Source: an uncultured Candidatus Saccharibacteria bacterium (GTDB lineage: Bacteria; Patescibacteriota; Minisyncoccia; UBA6257; 2-01-FULL-56-20). Taken from it: a stretch of 64,000 nt of DNA. The stretch lies in NCBI GenBank assembly GCA_964387675.1, contig CAYLWL010000001.1, forward strand, positions 1,099-65,098. The letters run 5' to 3'. The notes below the pieces were generated by a model. The model was not told where the DNA came from and ran no database searches. It was given only the letters and a program-made list of their open reading frames with translations. A program made the position numbers and the translations under genes. Positions within the stretch are counted from its first letter, which is position 1; each line of letters opens with the position of its first letter. Below are positions 18,257-26,789 of this stretch, in pieces.

Positions 18257-18281
18257 TTTGACTTTTGATTCTTGATCTTCT

Positions 18282-18761
18282 TCAAACGTGCCTGTCGGCC
18301 ACGTTCGACGCCGCGTAACTCTCCGGCTTCGTTTTCGGCTCGAAGTTATTTGCCCGAATGATGGAAACCACCTCCTGAATCATTTGCTTCGTCGGGCCGT
18401 TCTCGCCGATGTCGGCGTGAATTTCGAAAGAAAAAACCGGGAGGTCAAACTTTTTGAGTTCCGAAAGCACTTCTTTCGCGATATCGAGCGATACCAAAAC
18501 CTCGCGTATGATCCTGTCGCGGAGCGTGTGCATTTTGTCGAGTTCGAATCTTCGCCAAAAATACCTGCCGCCGTTCCCGATCCGGTGCACCACAACGGCC
18601 GTAACGAAATCGGCCCGGTTGCCGCTCAAAAGCTCCGAATCGGTGCCGATGGTCACTTTGTACTTTCTCAAGGGTTCCGTTCGCATGAACGCGATAACCT
18701 CGGCGACCACTTCGGGAACCGTGAGGCGCAATCCCAATGAACTGTGAAGAAATTCGGGCAT
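18282..18761 (-). CDS. RNase H-like YkuK family protein
   Basis: IGTDS, FVTAVVVHRIGNGG, EIHADIG, KPESYAASNVAD. Confidence 0.85.
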   Translation of the reverse strand: MPEFLHSSLGLRLTVPEVVAEVIAFMRTEPLRKYKVTIGTDSELLSGNRADFVTAVVVHRIGNGGRYFWRRFELDKMHTLRDRIIREVLVSLDIAKEVLSELKKFDLPVFSFEIHADIGENGPTKQMIQEVVSIIRANNFEPKTKPESYAASNVADRHV

Positions 18762-18863
18762 GAATATTGTGGTAATAGTATGTTTTGCTTGACAAAATGT
18801 CAAACTCCTCTTGCGTAAAAAAAGATTATCTGGTAGTATGCCATTAGCTTTTATGAACGGTCA

Positions 18864-19235
18864 ATGGAGGTCGGCATGCACTACAGAGATCAAACGCTCC
18901 CGACAGAAACAGAATCCCCGAATCCGAAAACAGAAACGAGAGTTGAGGAGGAAAAGATAAGGCGCGTTCTCACAGAGTGGTTGGAAAGGATGCTGCGCAA
19001 TTTCCGAACACTGCGCGGCTGTTCGACGGATGCTCATATCGATTGCCCGGGCTGCGCCAACCTAAGAGCGATCTCGTATCAACACGGCGGTTGGTCTTGT
19101 CTATACCGATGCGGCTTCGAATTCCCGAAGCACATAATGCCTCCGTCTCCGGAAGAACTGGAGCGCGAGTGGAAAAGAAGGCGAGAAGAGAGTAGGGTCA
19201 ATCAGCTTGAGCGTATCGCGGGAGTCAAGATCTAG
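18864..19235 (+). CDS. Hypothetical protein with putative zinc ribbon
   Basis: CPGC...CLYRC; GGAGG precedes the second ATG (about 18876), which may be the true start. Confidence 0.55.
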   Translation: MEVGMHYRDQTLPTETESPNPKTETRVEEEKIRRVLTEWLERMLRNFRTLRGCSTDAHIDCPGCANLRAISYQHGGWSCLYRCGFEFPKHIMPPSPEELEREWKRRREESRVNQLERIAGVKI

Positions 19236-19312
19236 CGCCGCGAAACTGTTCAACGCCCGGTCACCCGACTGGGCATCAATTTTTTTATTAAAATTGTTTC
19301 CGATTGAAATTA

Positions 19313-19365
19313 AAATCATTTCCGTTATAACATAATATTATGTTATAACGGAAACGATTTTTCTT
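19313..19365. terminator. Long perfect palindrome, probably a bidirectional terminator
   Basis: TTTCCGTTATAACATAAT|ATTATGTTATAACGGAAA between convergent genes, flanked by A and T tracts. Confidence 0.6.
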
Positions 19366-19381
19366 TTCTTTACTCCAATCC

Positions 19382-20833
19382 CTAATCCAACGAACTAAGA
19401 TTAACCGCCAACTCGTCTTTCCAAATCATTTCTGGGTAGCTCTCAAGGAGCGTTCTCGCGTATTTCTTCCGCTCGTCGTATGTTTTTTGGTCCCGCGCCT
19501 CAAACTTTACGGTGATATAGGGGCCGTTTTGCGAGTAACGAAAAATCATCATCCCGTCGTCAAAATCGGCGCGGGTTCCGTCGTCGTCCGGAATAACGGC
19601 GGCGTCCGTAATCTTCGCTTGTGGGAAGTCGTTTTTGAACTTAACGGAGAGATCTCGAATAACCTCGACCTTCTTTTCGTCAGGACAACCAATCTTAATC
19701 TCTGGAGAAGAAATATATTTAGGGAATCCCTCGTACAACTGGCTCAAGGATACGTTTTTATCCGAAAGATATTCGAGCACGCGCAATACCGCGTACGTTC
19801 CGTCATCATAGCCATAGGCATTGTCGGCGAAAAAGAAGTGCCCCGACAGCTCTCCTCCGAATACCGCATGCTCTTCGGCGATTTTCGCTTTAATGAAGGG
19901 GTAGCCCACGCGCCACATAATCGGCACTCCGCCATTTTCTTCAATCACTTTCGAGGTAAGTTGAGAGCAAAGCGTGTTGTGGATAATTTTCGATTTCGGG
20001 AAACGTTCAAGAATTTCTTTGGCAAAGATGGCAACAAGCACATCATTCCATAAAATATTGCCTTTTTCATCAACAATGCCAACACGGTCGCCGTCGCCGT
20101 CGAATGCGACACCGAAGTCGGCGCCTTCTTTGAGCACCTCGTCCCGGACGCGCTCCATCACAACAGTCGCGGTGGGGTCGGGCGTGCCGATCGGAAAATG
20201 CCCGTCGGGTTCAAGATTCTTGCCGATAACCTCGCAACCGGCCCGCTCAAAGATTTTTGGGTTGAATAATCCGGTTGTCCCCCTCCACGCGTCAACGACA
20301 ACCTTAAACTTTTTCTTGAGGCGCACGCGTTTCAACACGTCGCGGGCATAATCTTCGAGAAATTCTTCGCGCTTCGAACCCTCGAGTTTCGTGACCGCGC
20401 CTTGCTCTTCGGACTTAAAAAACGTTTCGTCCCCGGTGATCCTGCGTATTTCTTGAACGTCTTCTATTTCGGTATTGCGCGAGAATCCCGTTGCCAGCTT
20501 GAATCCGTTGTAGTTCCACGGGTTGTGGGAGGCGGTGATCATCACTCCTCCGTTCGTCTGGAACCGGTATTGCCCGAAATAAGACATCTGCGTCATAACC
20601 ATCCCCAGGTCGATAACATCTATTCCCATTGCCAGCATTCCTTTCGTGAAAGCCGAATTATATTCCTCGCTGCTCAAGCGACAATCGTGTCCAATAACGG
20701 CTTGTCTGATTTTTCTCCGGCGCAGGAACGTGCCATAGGCCTTTCCGATGGCCTCCACTTTCTCGCAGTCCAAATCCACGCCGGCGATCCCCCGTATGTC
20801 GTAATTTCTAAAAATGTATGGGTTTATTTTCAT
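19382..20833 (-). CDS. Phosphomannomutase/phosphoglucomutase
   Basis: FRNYDIRG, TASHNP, FDGDGDR, GELSGH. Confidence 0.93.
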   Translation of the reverse strand: MKINPYIFRNYDIRGIAGVDLDCEKVEAIGKAYGTFLRRRKIRQAVIGHDCRLSSEEYNSAFTKGMLAMGIDVIDLGMVMTQMSYFGQYRFQTNGGVMITASHNPWNYNGFKLATGFSRNTEIEDVQEIRRITGDETFFKSEEQGAVTKLEGSKREEFLEDYARDVLKRVRLKKKFKVVVDAWRGTTGLFNPKIFERAGCEVIGKNLEPDGHFPIGTPDPTATVVMERVRDEVLKEGADFGVAFDGDGDRVGIVDEKGNILWNDVLVAIFAKEILERFPKSKIIHNTLCSQLTSKVIEENGGVPIMWRVGYPFIKAKIAEEHAVFGGELSGHFFFADNAYGYDDGTYAVLRVLEYLSDKNVSLSQLYEGFPKYISSPEIKIGCPDEKKVEVIRDLSVKFKNDFPQAKITDAAVIPDDDGTRADFDDGMMIFRYSQNGPYITVKFEARDQKTYDERKKYARTLLESYPEMIWKDELAVNLSSLD

Positions 20834-20897
20834 ATCTGATCTTGTCTCTAAATAATACCATTTGAATCAATGCGTTTTTTGAGGTTAAATAGATGTA

Positions 20898-22994
20898 ATG
20901 GCGACCAAAGGAAAAAGTGGAGGTGACGAAAGATCGTCGAATCCAAAAATACAAAAAGAACATCGGCTCCACCCCGACGCCGAAAAAAGCATCTGGGCAA
21001 TCGCGCTTTTCGTTCTCGCCGTCATTCTCACGCTCGCTTTTTGGGGAAAAGCGGGACTGGTCGGAGCATACTCGTACGAACTGCTCTCCGCGCTTTTGGG
21101 GTGGGGATATTTGATCTTGCCGGCCGCGTTTTTGCTCACCTCCATCATATTCTTAACCTCCGAACGGCAGCATATCGTCGGCCTCACGCTCTCCGGCGCG
21201 GGACTTTTGATCGTATCCGTCTTGGGGCTTATAGAAATAACCTCTCCGGCGCACGGCGGCTGGCTGGGACTGGCGTTGGGATCGCTGCAATATCTCTTCG
21301 GACAAGCGGCTGCGGTCATCGTAAACGGGGGTCTCGTGGCGATATCCGTTATTGTCATTTTGAACGTTCCCTTGCGGATCACATGGCCTGAAAAAAATAA
21401 ACCATCCCGGCTCGAAGTATCCGTAGCGAAGGCCGCAACCTCCGAGCGCGAAGAAGAGGGCGAAGACGAAACAGGCGGCGACGAAGAGGAAAAACAATCC
21501 GAGGACGAACTAGAAATAAAAGAGGGCGCGTCGGCCATCCCGCCAAAAACGAAAAAATCAGCCGCAAAAACATTGCCCAATTATGTGGCGCCTCCGCTTG
21601 CGCTCCTCAAGTCCGCGAGCGATAAGCCGACGACCGGAGACCTTTTGGCGAATGCCAATATCATCAAACGAACGCTCGACAGCTTCGGCATACCCGTCGA
21701 AATGGGCGAGATCAACGTGGGGCCGGCCGTTACGAGGTACACTCTGAAGCCCGCCGAAGGGGTCAAACTTTCGAGAATCACGGCCTTGAATCAAGACCTG
21801 GCTTTGGCGCTTGCGGCGCATCCCATAAGAATCGAGGCGCCGATTCCCGGCAAGTCCCTCGTCGGCATCGAAGTTCCAAACAAAACGGCGGCCCTGGTGC
21901 GGCTCGGATCTCTGATGGGCTATCCTGAATTTCAAAAGTCCGGCCCCTTGGGCTTTGTGCTGGGGCGGGACGTTTCCGGCGAACCGGTTTTTGCCGACGT
22001 CGAAAAAATGCCGCACCTCCTCGTCGCCGGAGCAACGGGGAGCGGCAAGTCCATTTTGATACACTCGCTTATTATTTCTCTGCTCTATAAAAACTCGCCG
22101 GAGACGTTGAAGCTGATTCTCGTCGATCCGAAAAGAGTCGAACTCTCCCTATATGAAGGGCTCCCGCATCTCGTGAGCCCCGTCATCATCGAGAGCAAAA
22201 AGGCGGTTGGGGTTTTTCGGTGGGCGATCGCCGAGATGGAGCGAAGATATGACGTCTTGCTCCAAGCCGGCAGCCGCGACGTCAAAAGCTACAACGCGAG
22301 CGCCGGGAAAAACAATCCCCTGCCGTATCTTTTAATCGTTATCGACGAATTGGCCGATTTGATGACTTCCTATGGCCGGGAGGTGGAGGGATCGATTGTG
22401 CGGCTCGCGCAGATGGCGAGGGCAACCGGGCTCCACCTCGTGCTCTCCACTCAACGGCCGTCGGTCGAGGTGATCACCGGGCTCATCAAAGCGAATATCA
22501 CGAGCCGAGTCGCGCTTCAGGTCGCAAGCCAAATCGATTCGAGAACCATCATCGACACTTCGGGAGCCGAAAAGTTGCTCGGCCACGGCGACCTCTTGTA
22601 TATCGCATCCGATCTCTCGAAGCCGAAAAGAATCCAAAGCTCCTATCTCACCGAAGAAGAAATGAAGAAGGTCACCGAATTCATAAGAGACAACAACGGG
22701 ACTCCGGAAGAGTCGGAAGGGGTGAGTTTTGAAGAAACTCCGGGCGCTTCGCCGGTTAATTTCGACGAGTATCTGGAAGACGAAGAAGACGAGCTGTACG
22801 ACGAGGCCGTGCAAATCGTTTCTCAAGCGCAAAAAGCTTCGGCTTCGCTCTTGCAAAGGCGACTGAAGGTGGGGTATGCTCGAGCGGCGCGGCTCTTGGA
22901 CCTTATGGAGGCGAAAAATGTCATCGGTCCGGGAGACGGCGCGAAGCCGAGAGAAGTGTTTATGGACCGGATACCACCCGGGGATATGGTATAA
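20898..22994 (+). CDS. ftsK: DNA translocase FtsK/SpoIIIE
   Basis: N-terminal TMs, GATGSGKS, VIDELAD, TQRPS, gamma domain LQRRLKVGYARAARL. Confidence 0.96.
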   Translation: MATKGKSGGDERSSNPKIQKEHRLHPDAEKSIWAIALFVLAVILTLAFWGKAGLVGAYSYELLSALLGWGYLILPAAFLLTSIIFLTSERQHIVGLTLSGAGLLIVSVLGLIEITSPAHGGWLGLALGSLQYLFGQAAAVIVNGGLVAISVIVILNVPLRITWPEKNKPSRLEVSVAKAATSEREEEGEDETGGDEEEKQSEDELEIKEGASAIPPKTKKSAAKTLPNYVAPPLALLKSASDKPTTGDLLANANIIKRTLDSFGIPVEMGEINVGPAVTRYTLKPAEGVKLSRITALNQDLALALAAHPIRIEAPIPGKSLVGIEVPNKTAALVRLGSLMGYPEFQKSGPLGFVLGRDVSGEPVFADVEKMPHLLVAGATGSGKSILIHSLIISLLYKNSPETLKLILVDPKRVELSLYEGLPHLVSPVIIESKKAVGVFRWAIAEMERRYDVLLQAGSRDVKSYNASAGKNNPLPYLLIVIDELADLMTSYGREVEGSIVRLAQMARATGLHLVLSTQRPSVEVITGLIKANITSRVALQVASQIDSRTIIDTSGAEKLLGHGDLLYIASDLSKPKRIQSSYLTEEEMKKVTEFIRDNNGTPEESEGVSFEETPGASPVNFDEYLEDEEDELYDEAVQIVSQAQKASASLLQRRLKVGYARAARLLDLMEAKNVIGPGDGAKPREVFMDRIPPGDMV

Positions 22995-23050
22995 AATCCT
23001 AAGCACTCAATCCTAAACAAATTCCAAGATTGTGGCTTGTTTAGAATATG

Positions 23051-23182
23051 GATCCCTCACCTTTCGAGGATTAATATCTTCTGGGCGAGGCCTTCAACAA
23101 AACAATGATATTCCGCAATAAAAAGTCGTGGAAATTAGATCAACGAGGTTGCCGCCGCGCAATCCTCGAAAGGTGAGAGATG
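23051..23182 (+). mobile_element. MITE-like repeat family B, copy 2
   Basis: Inverted near-identical copy of 13242-13374; ends in the ATG of the 23180 ORF. Confidence 0.85.
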
Positions 23183-23830
23183 GACGATCAAAACTTTTTT
23201 TCTTTTCTCAATGGTCGCATCAAGGATAAGGGGCTCAACCTCAAAAAGATTTCCGAGCTCTCGGGGATCTCTTTGAAACACCTGGAGGCACTCGGCCGAG
23301 AAGATTTTTCGGCGATGCCGCCGGCGCCGTATTTTCGGGGATATCTCATAAAACTCGGGGAAATATTGGATTTCGATCCCGATCCGTGGTGGTCAAAAAT
23401 AAAAAGCGCCGGCGCCGTGAGAAATTCGGGGGAGGAAGACGCTCCTCCCCGGAATCGGTTCATCAAGCCCCAGTTCCTGAAATTCATCTGGGCCGCGATC
23501 GTCGGGCTTGTTGTTTTGCTGTACATCTCGCTCCAATCTTCAAGAATCCTTGGCAAGCCAAACATTCAAGTGGTGTATCCCGAGACAAATCCGGCCGTTG
23601 CGGCGAGCAACACCATAACGCTCAAGGGGAGCGTTTCCAACTGGAACGAACTCACGCTGAACGGCGAGCCGATATCGGTTAGTCGCGACGGGGAGTGGGA
23701 AAAAATCGTGCTTCTGGAGCCGGGCCTCAACTCCCTCGAACTAAAAGCTAAAAAGTTCCTGGGGGGCGAGATCAAGGTGATAGAGCAGATCATATACCAA
23801 CCCACCAGTACTATTGGGGCTTCTTCATAA
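23180..23830 (+). CDS. RodZ-like HTH/TM/Ig-like protein
   Basis: N-terminal HTH with P..YFRGYL, single TM, C-terminal beta domain; lies between ftsK and recA. Confidence 0.7.
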   Translation: MDDQNFFSFLNGRIKDKGLNLKKISELSGISLKHLEALGREDFSAMPPAPYFRGYLIKLGEILDFDPDPWWSKIKSAGAVRNSGEEDAPPRNRFIKPQFLKFIWAAIVGLVVLLYISLQSSRILGKPNIQVVYPETNPAVAASNTITLKGSVSNWNELTLNGEPISVSRDGEWEKIVLLEPGLNSLELKAKKFLGGEIKVIEQIIYQPTSTIGASS

Positions 23831-23847
23831 CCACTGTTTATGATTGC

Positions 23848-23994
23848 GCCCCGCGCAGTCCTTTCGGAAACAGCCTCGATTTGCTCCAGCGGCAAATCGG
23901 ACTTCGCTCTCGGCGAAAAACCGAGCACATAACGCCTATGTGCTCGGACCAATCTTTTTCGCCTCCGAGATATTCCTCAAGAACAGCGCGAGGC
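23848..23994 (+). repeat. Structured repeat family C, copy 1
   Basis: Inverted copy at 29557-29709; shared CTCGATTTGCTCCAGCGGCAAATCGG and TCTTTTTCGCCTCCGAGAT. Confidence 0.85.
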
Positions 23995-24046
23995 TCACCC
24001 TACCATCACGACTCCCGGAGCATTGCCTTCATGTGCCGATAAATCA

Positions 24047-24193
24047 CGTACCATAAGTCCTTACGCGCGGCTCTTCGGCCGAGCTGGCAGGGTGCCGAGC
24101 ACATAATGCGTTATGTGCTCGGCGAGCGAGGACGAAGCGCCAGCGAGAAGTCGCGCTGGGACTTCGAGCGGTAGCGGAAGGGCTTGTGGTACG
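24047..24193 (+). repeat. Structured repeat family D, copy 1
   Basis: Similar to 27951-28093; closing stem CGTACCATAAGTCCTT/AAGGGCTTGTGGTACG. Confidence 0.7.
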
Positions 24194-24236
24194 AGATCTC
24201 TTGACTCTCTTTCGGAATGTCATAAAATTAACTACA

Positions 24237-25262
24237 ATGACTCCGCAACCAAAAAAGCCCAGGGACGAAAACAGCAAAGAACTCGACAATCTTCTCTCTG
24301 CGCTTCAAGGAAAGTTCGGCGAGGGCGCGATCATGAAGCTCGGAGAAGCAAGAAAGGTTGACGTCGCCGTGGTTCCCACCGGTTCTTTCTCGCTCGATCT
24401 CGCGCTCGGCGTCGGCGGCCTGCCGCGCGGAAGAATCGTGGAAATTTTCGGCCCGGAAGGGAGCGGGAAGAGCACTCTCGCGCTGAACGTCGTGGCCCAG
24501 GCGCAGAAGCAGGGCGGCAAAGCCGCGTATATCGACGCCGAACACGCGATGGATCCCGAATACGCCGCGCGCCTCGGCGTGAATATCCACGAACTTTTGA
24601 TTTCCCAGCCGTCAAGCGGCGAGGAGGGTCTTAATATTTTGGACAGCTTGGTGCGTTCCGGCATGATCTCGGTTGTCGTCGTGGACTCCGTCGCGGCCTT
24701 AACTCCGCAAGCGGAGCTTGAAGGCGAAATGGGCGAACAGCACGTGGGGCGGCAGGCGCGGATGATGGGACAGGCCCTCCGCAAGCTCACCGCGATCGCC
24801 GCGAAAACGCAGACACTTATTATTTTCATAAACCAGATCAGAATGAAGATTGGCGTGATGTTCGGTTCACCCGAAACGACGCCGGGCGGCAGAGCGCTCC
24901 CGTTTGCGGCATCCGTCCGCATCGACGTGCGCCGCATCGCGCAAGTGAAGAAGGGCGAAGAAACCGTCGGCAGTCGGGTGAAGGCGAAAGTGGTGAAAAA
25001 CAAAGTCGCGCCGCCTTTCAGGCAGGCGGAGTTCGATATTATGTTCGGCCAAGGTATCTCGTATGAGGCGGACGTGCTGAACGCGGCGATCAATCGCGAT
25101 GTCGTAAAAAAATCCGGCGCGAGCTACAGTTTCGGCGGAGAAAAACTGGGGAGCGGCTTCGATAATGTCCGCGAAAAACTGAAGGGAGAGAAAAGGATTT
25201 TGAACGAGATCAAGAAAGCGGTCATTGCGGCTATCAAGGACGCGGAAACGAAGGACAAGTGA
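24237..25262 (+). CDS. recA: Recombinase RecA
   Basis: [50 protein letters not shown]. Confidence 0.97.
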   Translation: MTPQPKKPRDENSKELDNLLSALQGKFGEGAIMKLGEARKVDVAVVPTGSFSLDLALGVGGLPRGRIVEIFGPEGSGKSTLALNVVAQAQKQGGKAAYIDAEHAMDPEYAARLGVNIHELLISQPSSGEEGLNILDSLVRSGMISVVVVDSVAALTPQAELEGEMGEQHVGRQARMMGQALRKLTAIAAKTQTLIIFINQIRMKIGVMFGSPETTPGGRALPFAASVRIDVRRIAQVKKGEETVGSRVKAKVVKNKVAPPFRQAEFDIMFGQGISYEADVLNAAINRDVVKKSGASYSFGGEKLGSGFDNVREKLKGEKRILNEIKKAVIAAIKDAETKDK

Positions 25263-25289
25263 ATGCGGCGCGGACAAGAAGGCGGATTG

Positions 25290-25318
25290 TTGACAAATTT
25301 CCCAAAACAGAATAAGCT
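25290..25318 (+). promoter_or_regulatory. Sigma70-type promoter upstream of the leader peptide
   Basis: TTGACA-17 bp-TAAGCT. Confidence 0.6.
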
Positions 25319-25327
25319 TATAAAGAT

Positions 25328-25420
25328 ATGAACGGCAAAAAACTTATCTCTCCGAAATATTATTTTTGGTTTATACTCAAACCTCTTTCAAGGAAGGGCT
25401 TTTTGCCGAGCGCGAACTAA
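25328..25420 (+). CDS. Putative attenuator leader peptide MNGKKLISPKYYFWFILKPLSRKGFLPSAN
   Basis: 30-codon ORF with five consecutive aromatic codons, followed by alternative antiterminator and terminator stems. Confidence 0.65.
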   Translation: MNGKKLISPKYYFWFILKPLSRKGFLPSAN

Positions 25421-25445
25421 GTAGCTACAGGAGGAAACTCCCATA

Positions 25446-25481
25446 AAGCAAAAACCTCTTCCCCGGAAGAGGTTTTTGCTT
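25446..25481 (+). terminator. Attenuator terminator hairpin
   Basis: AAGCAAAAACCTCTTC-CCCG-GAAGAGGTTTTTGCTT, just upstream of the RBS of the 25512 ORF. Confidence 0.75.
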
Positions 25482-25511
25482 CTTCCGGGGCACCTTGAAA
25501 GGAGGTTGGCT

Positions 25512-26378
25512 ATGGGAAAGGACTATGACTTGCTTCTCTCGGACGACATCGCGTTAGACATTGTGGCAGAACGCAGGATTGCCGCAGAAGATGTCCAATG
25601 GAAGTTCTTGGCGAAAGCCGGAGTGGTAGGGGGAGGACTTACGAAACTCCTCCGGGAACTTGGCGCGATCGCGCCAGGAAAGTACGAACAAAAGACGATC
25701 GCTCGGCTTCTTGGGGCGGGCAAGAACATCTCGTTCCTCTCGGTCGTCTGTCCCGACTACGCGACGCGCGAAGAGAAAGGCACGATGCGCTACACGTTCG
25801 ATTCGCTCGGCGAGGGCGTCGGCGTCGTTGCCGGTCGGGCGCTTGAGGTGCACGCCCGCCTCGCGAAGTTTTTCGCGGAGCATGAGGCGTCGGCAAGGGT
25901 GAGTTTTACTCTCGCGATGGCAGATCAGGAAGCGAGCGAGGAAAACTGCGGACGGGTCGGCATTGATCGCGACGAATTCACGAGAAGACTGCGAAAAAGC
26001 CAGGAGGCGCTCGGTGATCAGGCCAAATCTCTCGGCGTCACCCTCGAAACTCCTCTCCTCTCCGAAATCGACCCTCCCCGCTGGGAAACAGCTCGACGCG
26101 AAGCGAAAGAAATGCTCGGGCGAGTGTCTCCCGGACTTCTCGAGTCCGCGCGGAGGGTCCGCCATCTTTTCTACGACCGATGGGCCGGACGGCGGCTTGA
26201 AAACAGTGAAGCGATGGCGATGCTCCTCACGCAAGTCGAAGAATACATTGCCGTCGGCAGGTACCTCGCCGAAGACGGACGGGTGATTCTGGGCCTGGAT
26301 GCGCCCGTTATGGCCCCCTTTGTGCGTCATGGTGCGAGCGGAACGCCGGTCATCTATTTCGAACGACCGGAGTACTAA
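25512..26378 (+). CDS. Hypothetical enzyme-like protein (VCPDY motif)
   Basis: Strong AAAGGAGG RBS, ATG at 25512; alpha/beta pattern; family not recognised with confidence. Confidence 0.7.
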   Translation: MGKDYDLLLSDDIALDIVAERRIAAEDVQWKFLAKAGVVGGGLTKLLRELGAIAPGKYEQKTIARLLGAGKNISFLSVVCPDYATREEKGTMRYTFDSLGEGVGVVAGRALEVHARLAKFFAEHEASARVSFTLAMADQEASEENCGRVGIDRDEFTRRLRKSQEALGDQAKSLGVTLETPLLSEIDPPRWETARREAKEMLGRVSPGLLESARRVRHLFYDRWAGRRLENSEAMAMLLTQVEEYIAVGRYLAEDGRVILGLDAPVMAPFVRHGASGTPVIYFERPEY

Positions 26379-26382
26379 CTAA

Positions 26383-26416
26383 GCCGGTTCGCGTATGAAT
26401 TCATACGCGAACCGGC
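26383..26416. repeat. Perfect 34-bp intergenic palindrome
   Basis: GCCGGTTCGCGTATGAA|TTCATACGCGAACCGGC. Confidence 0.8.
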
Positions 26417-26432
26417 CCCACAATTTCCAAAC

Positions 26433-26789
26433 ATGAAACAAAAATCAAAAAAGTTCGTTATTAATGGCGGCACGCGTGGCATCATATACCCCGATCACCC
26501 TCGCGGCGAACACACGATCGCAAAAATCATCATGAACGGAACATATCCGGTCGCGGGATATTCGATCAATCAAAAGTGCAGCGAAACGATACTGATGCTT
26601 TCCGGAATCTTTCGCGTCAGAACCAACAATACGATTCGCGAAATCAGACCGGGAGACATTCTCGTAATCCTGCCCAAAACAAAATATCGCGTTGAAGGCA
26701 GAGGCGAAGCGCTCGATATTATTACGCCCGCTTGGGACAAAAAACAAAACAATATCGTTCCCGACAAAAGCTTCACCATAAGGCCATGA
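26433..26789 (+). CDS. Cupin-fold protein
   Basis: ETILMLSG...IRPGDILVILPKTKY cupin motifs. Confidence 0.65.
   Translation: MKQKSKKFVINGGTRGIIYPDHPRGEHTIAKIIMNGTYPVAGYSINQKCSETILMLSGIFRVRTNNTIREIRPGDILVILPKTKYRVEGRGEALDIITPAWDKKQNNIVPDKSFTIRP

Noticed and set aside
19319-19354. Possible dif site (TTATGTTA resembles the XerD arm; ftsK and xer are nearby)
   Set aside because: The arms are separated by only 2 bp rather than the usual 6. A terminator between convergent genes explains it better.
24451-24477. RecA Walker A variant GPEGSGKST
   Set aside because: It still fits GxxxxGK[ST] and the rest of the protein is canonical.
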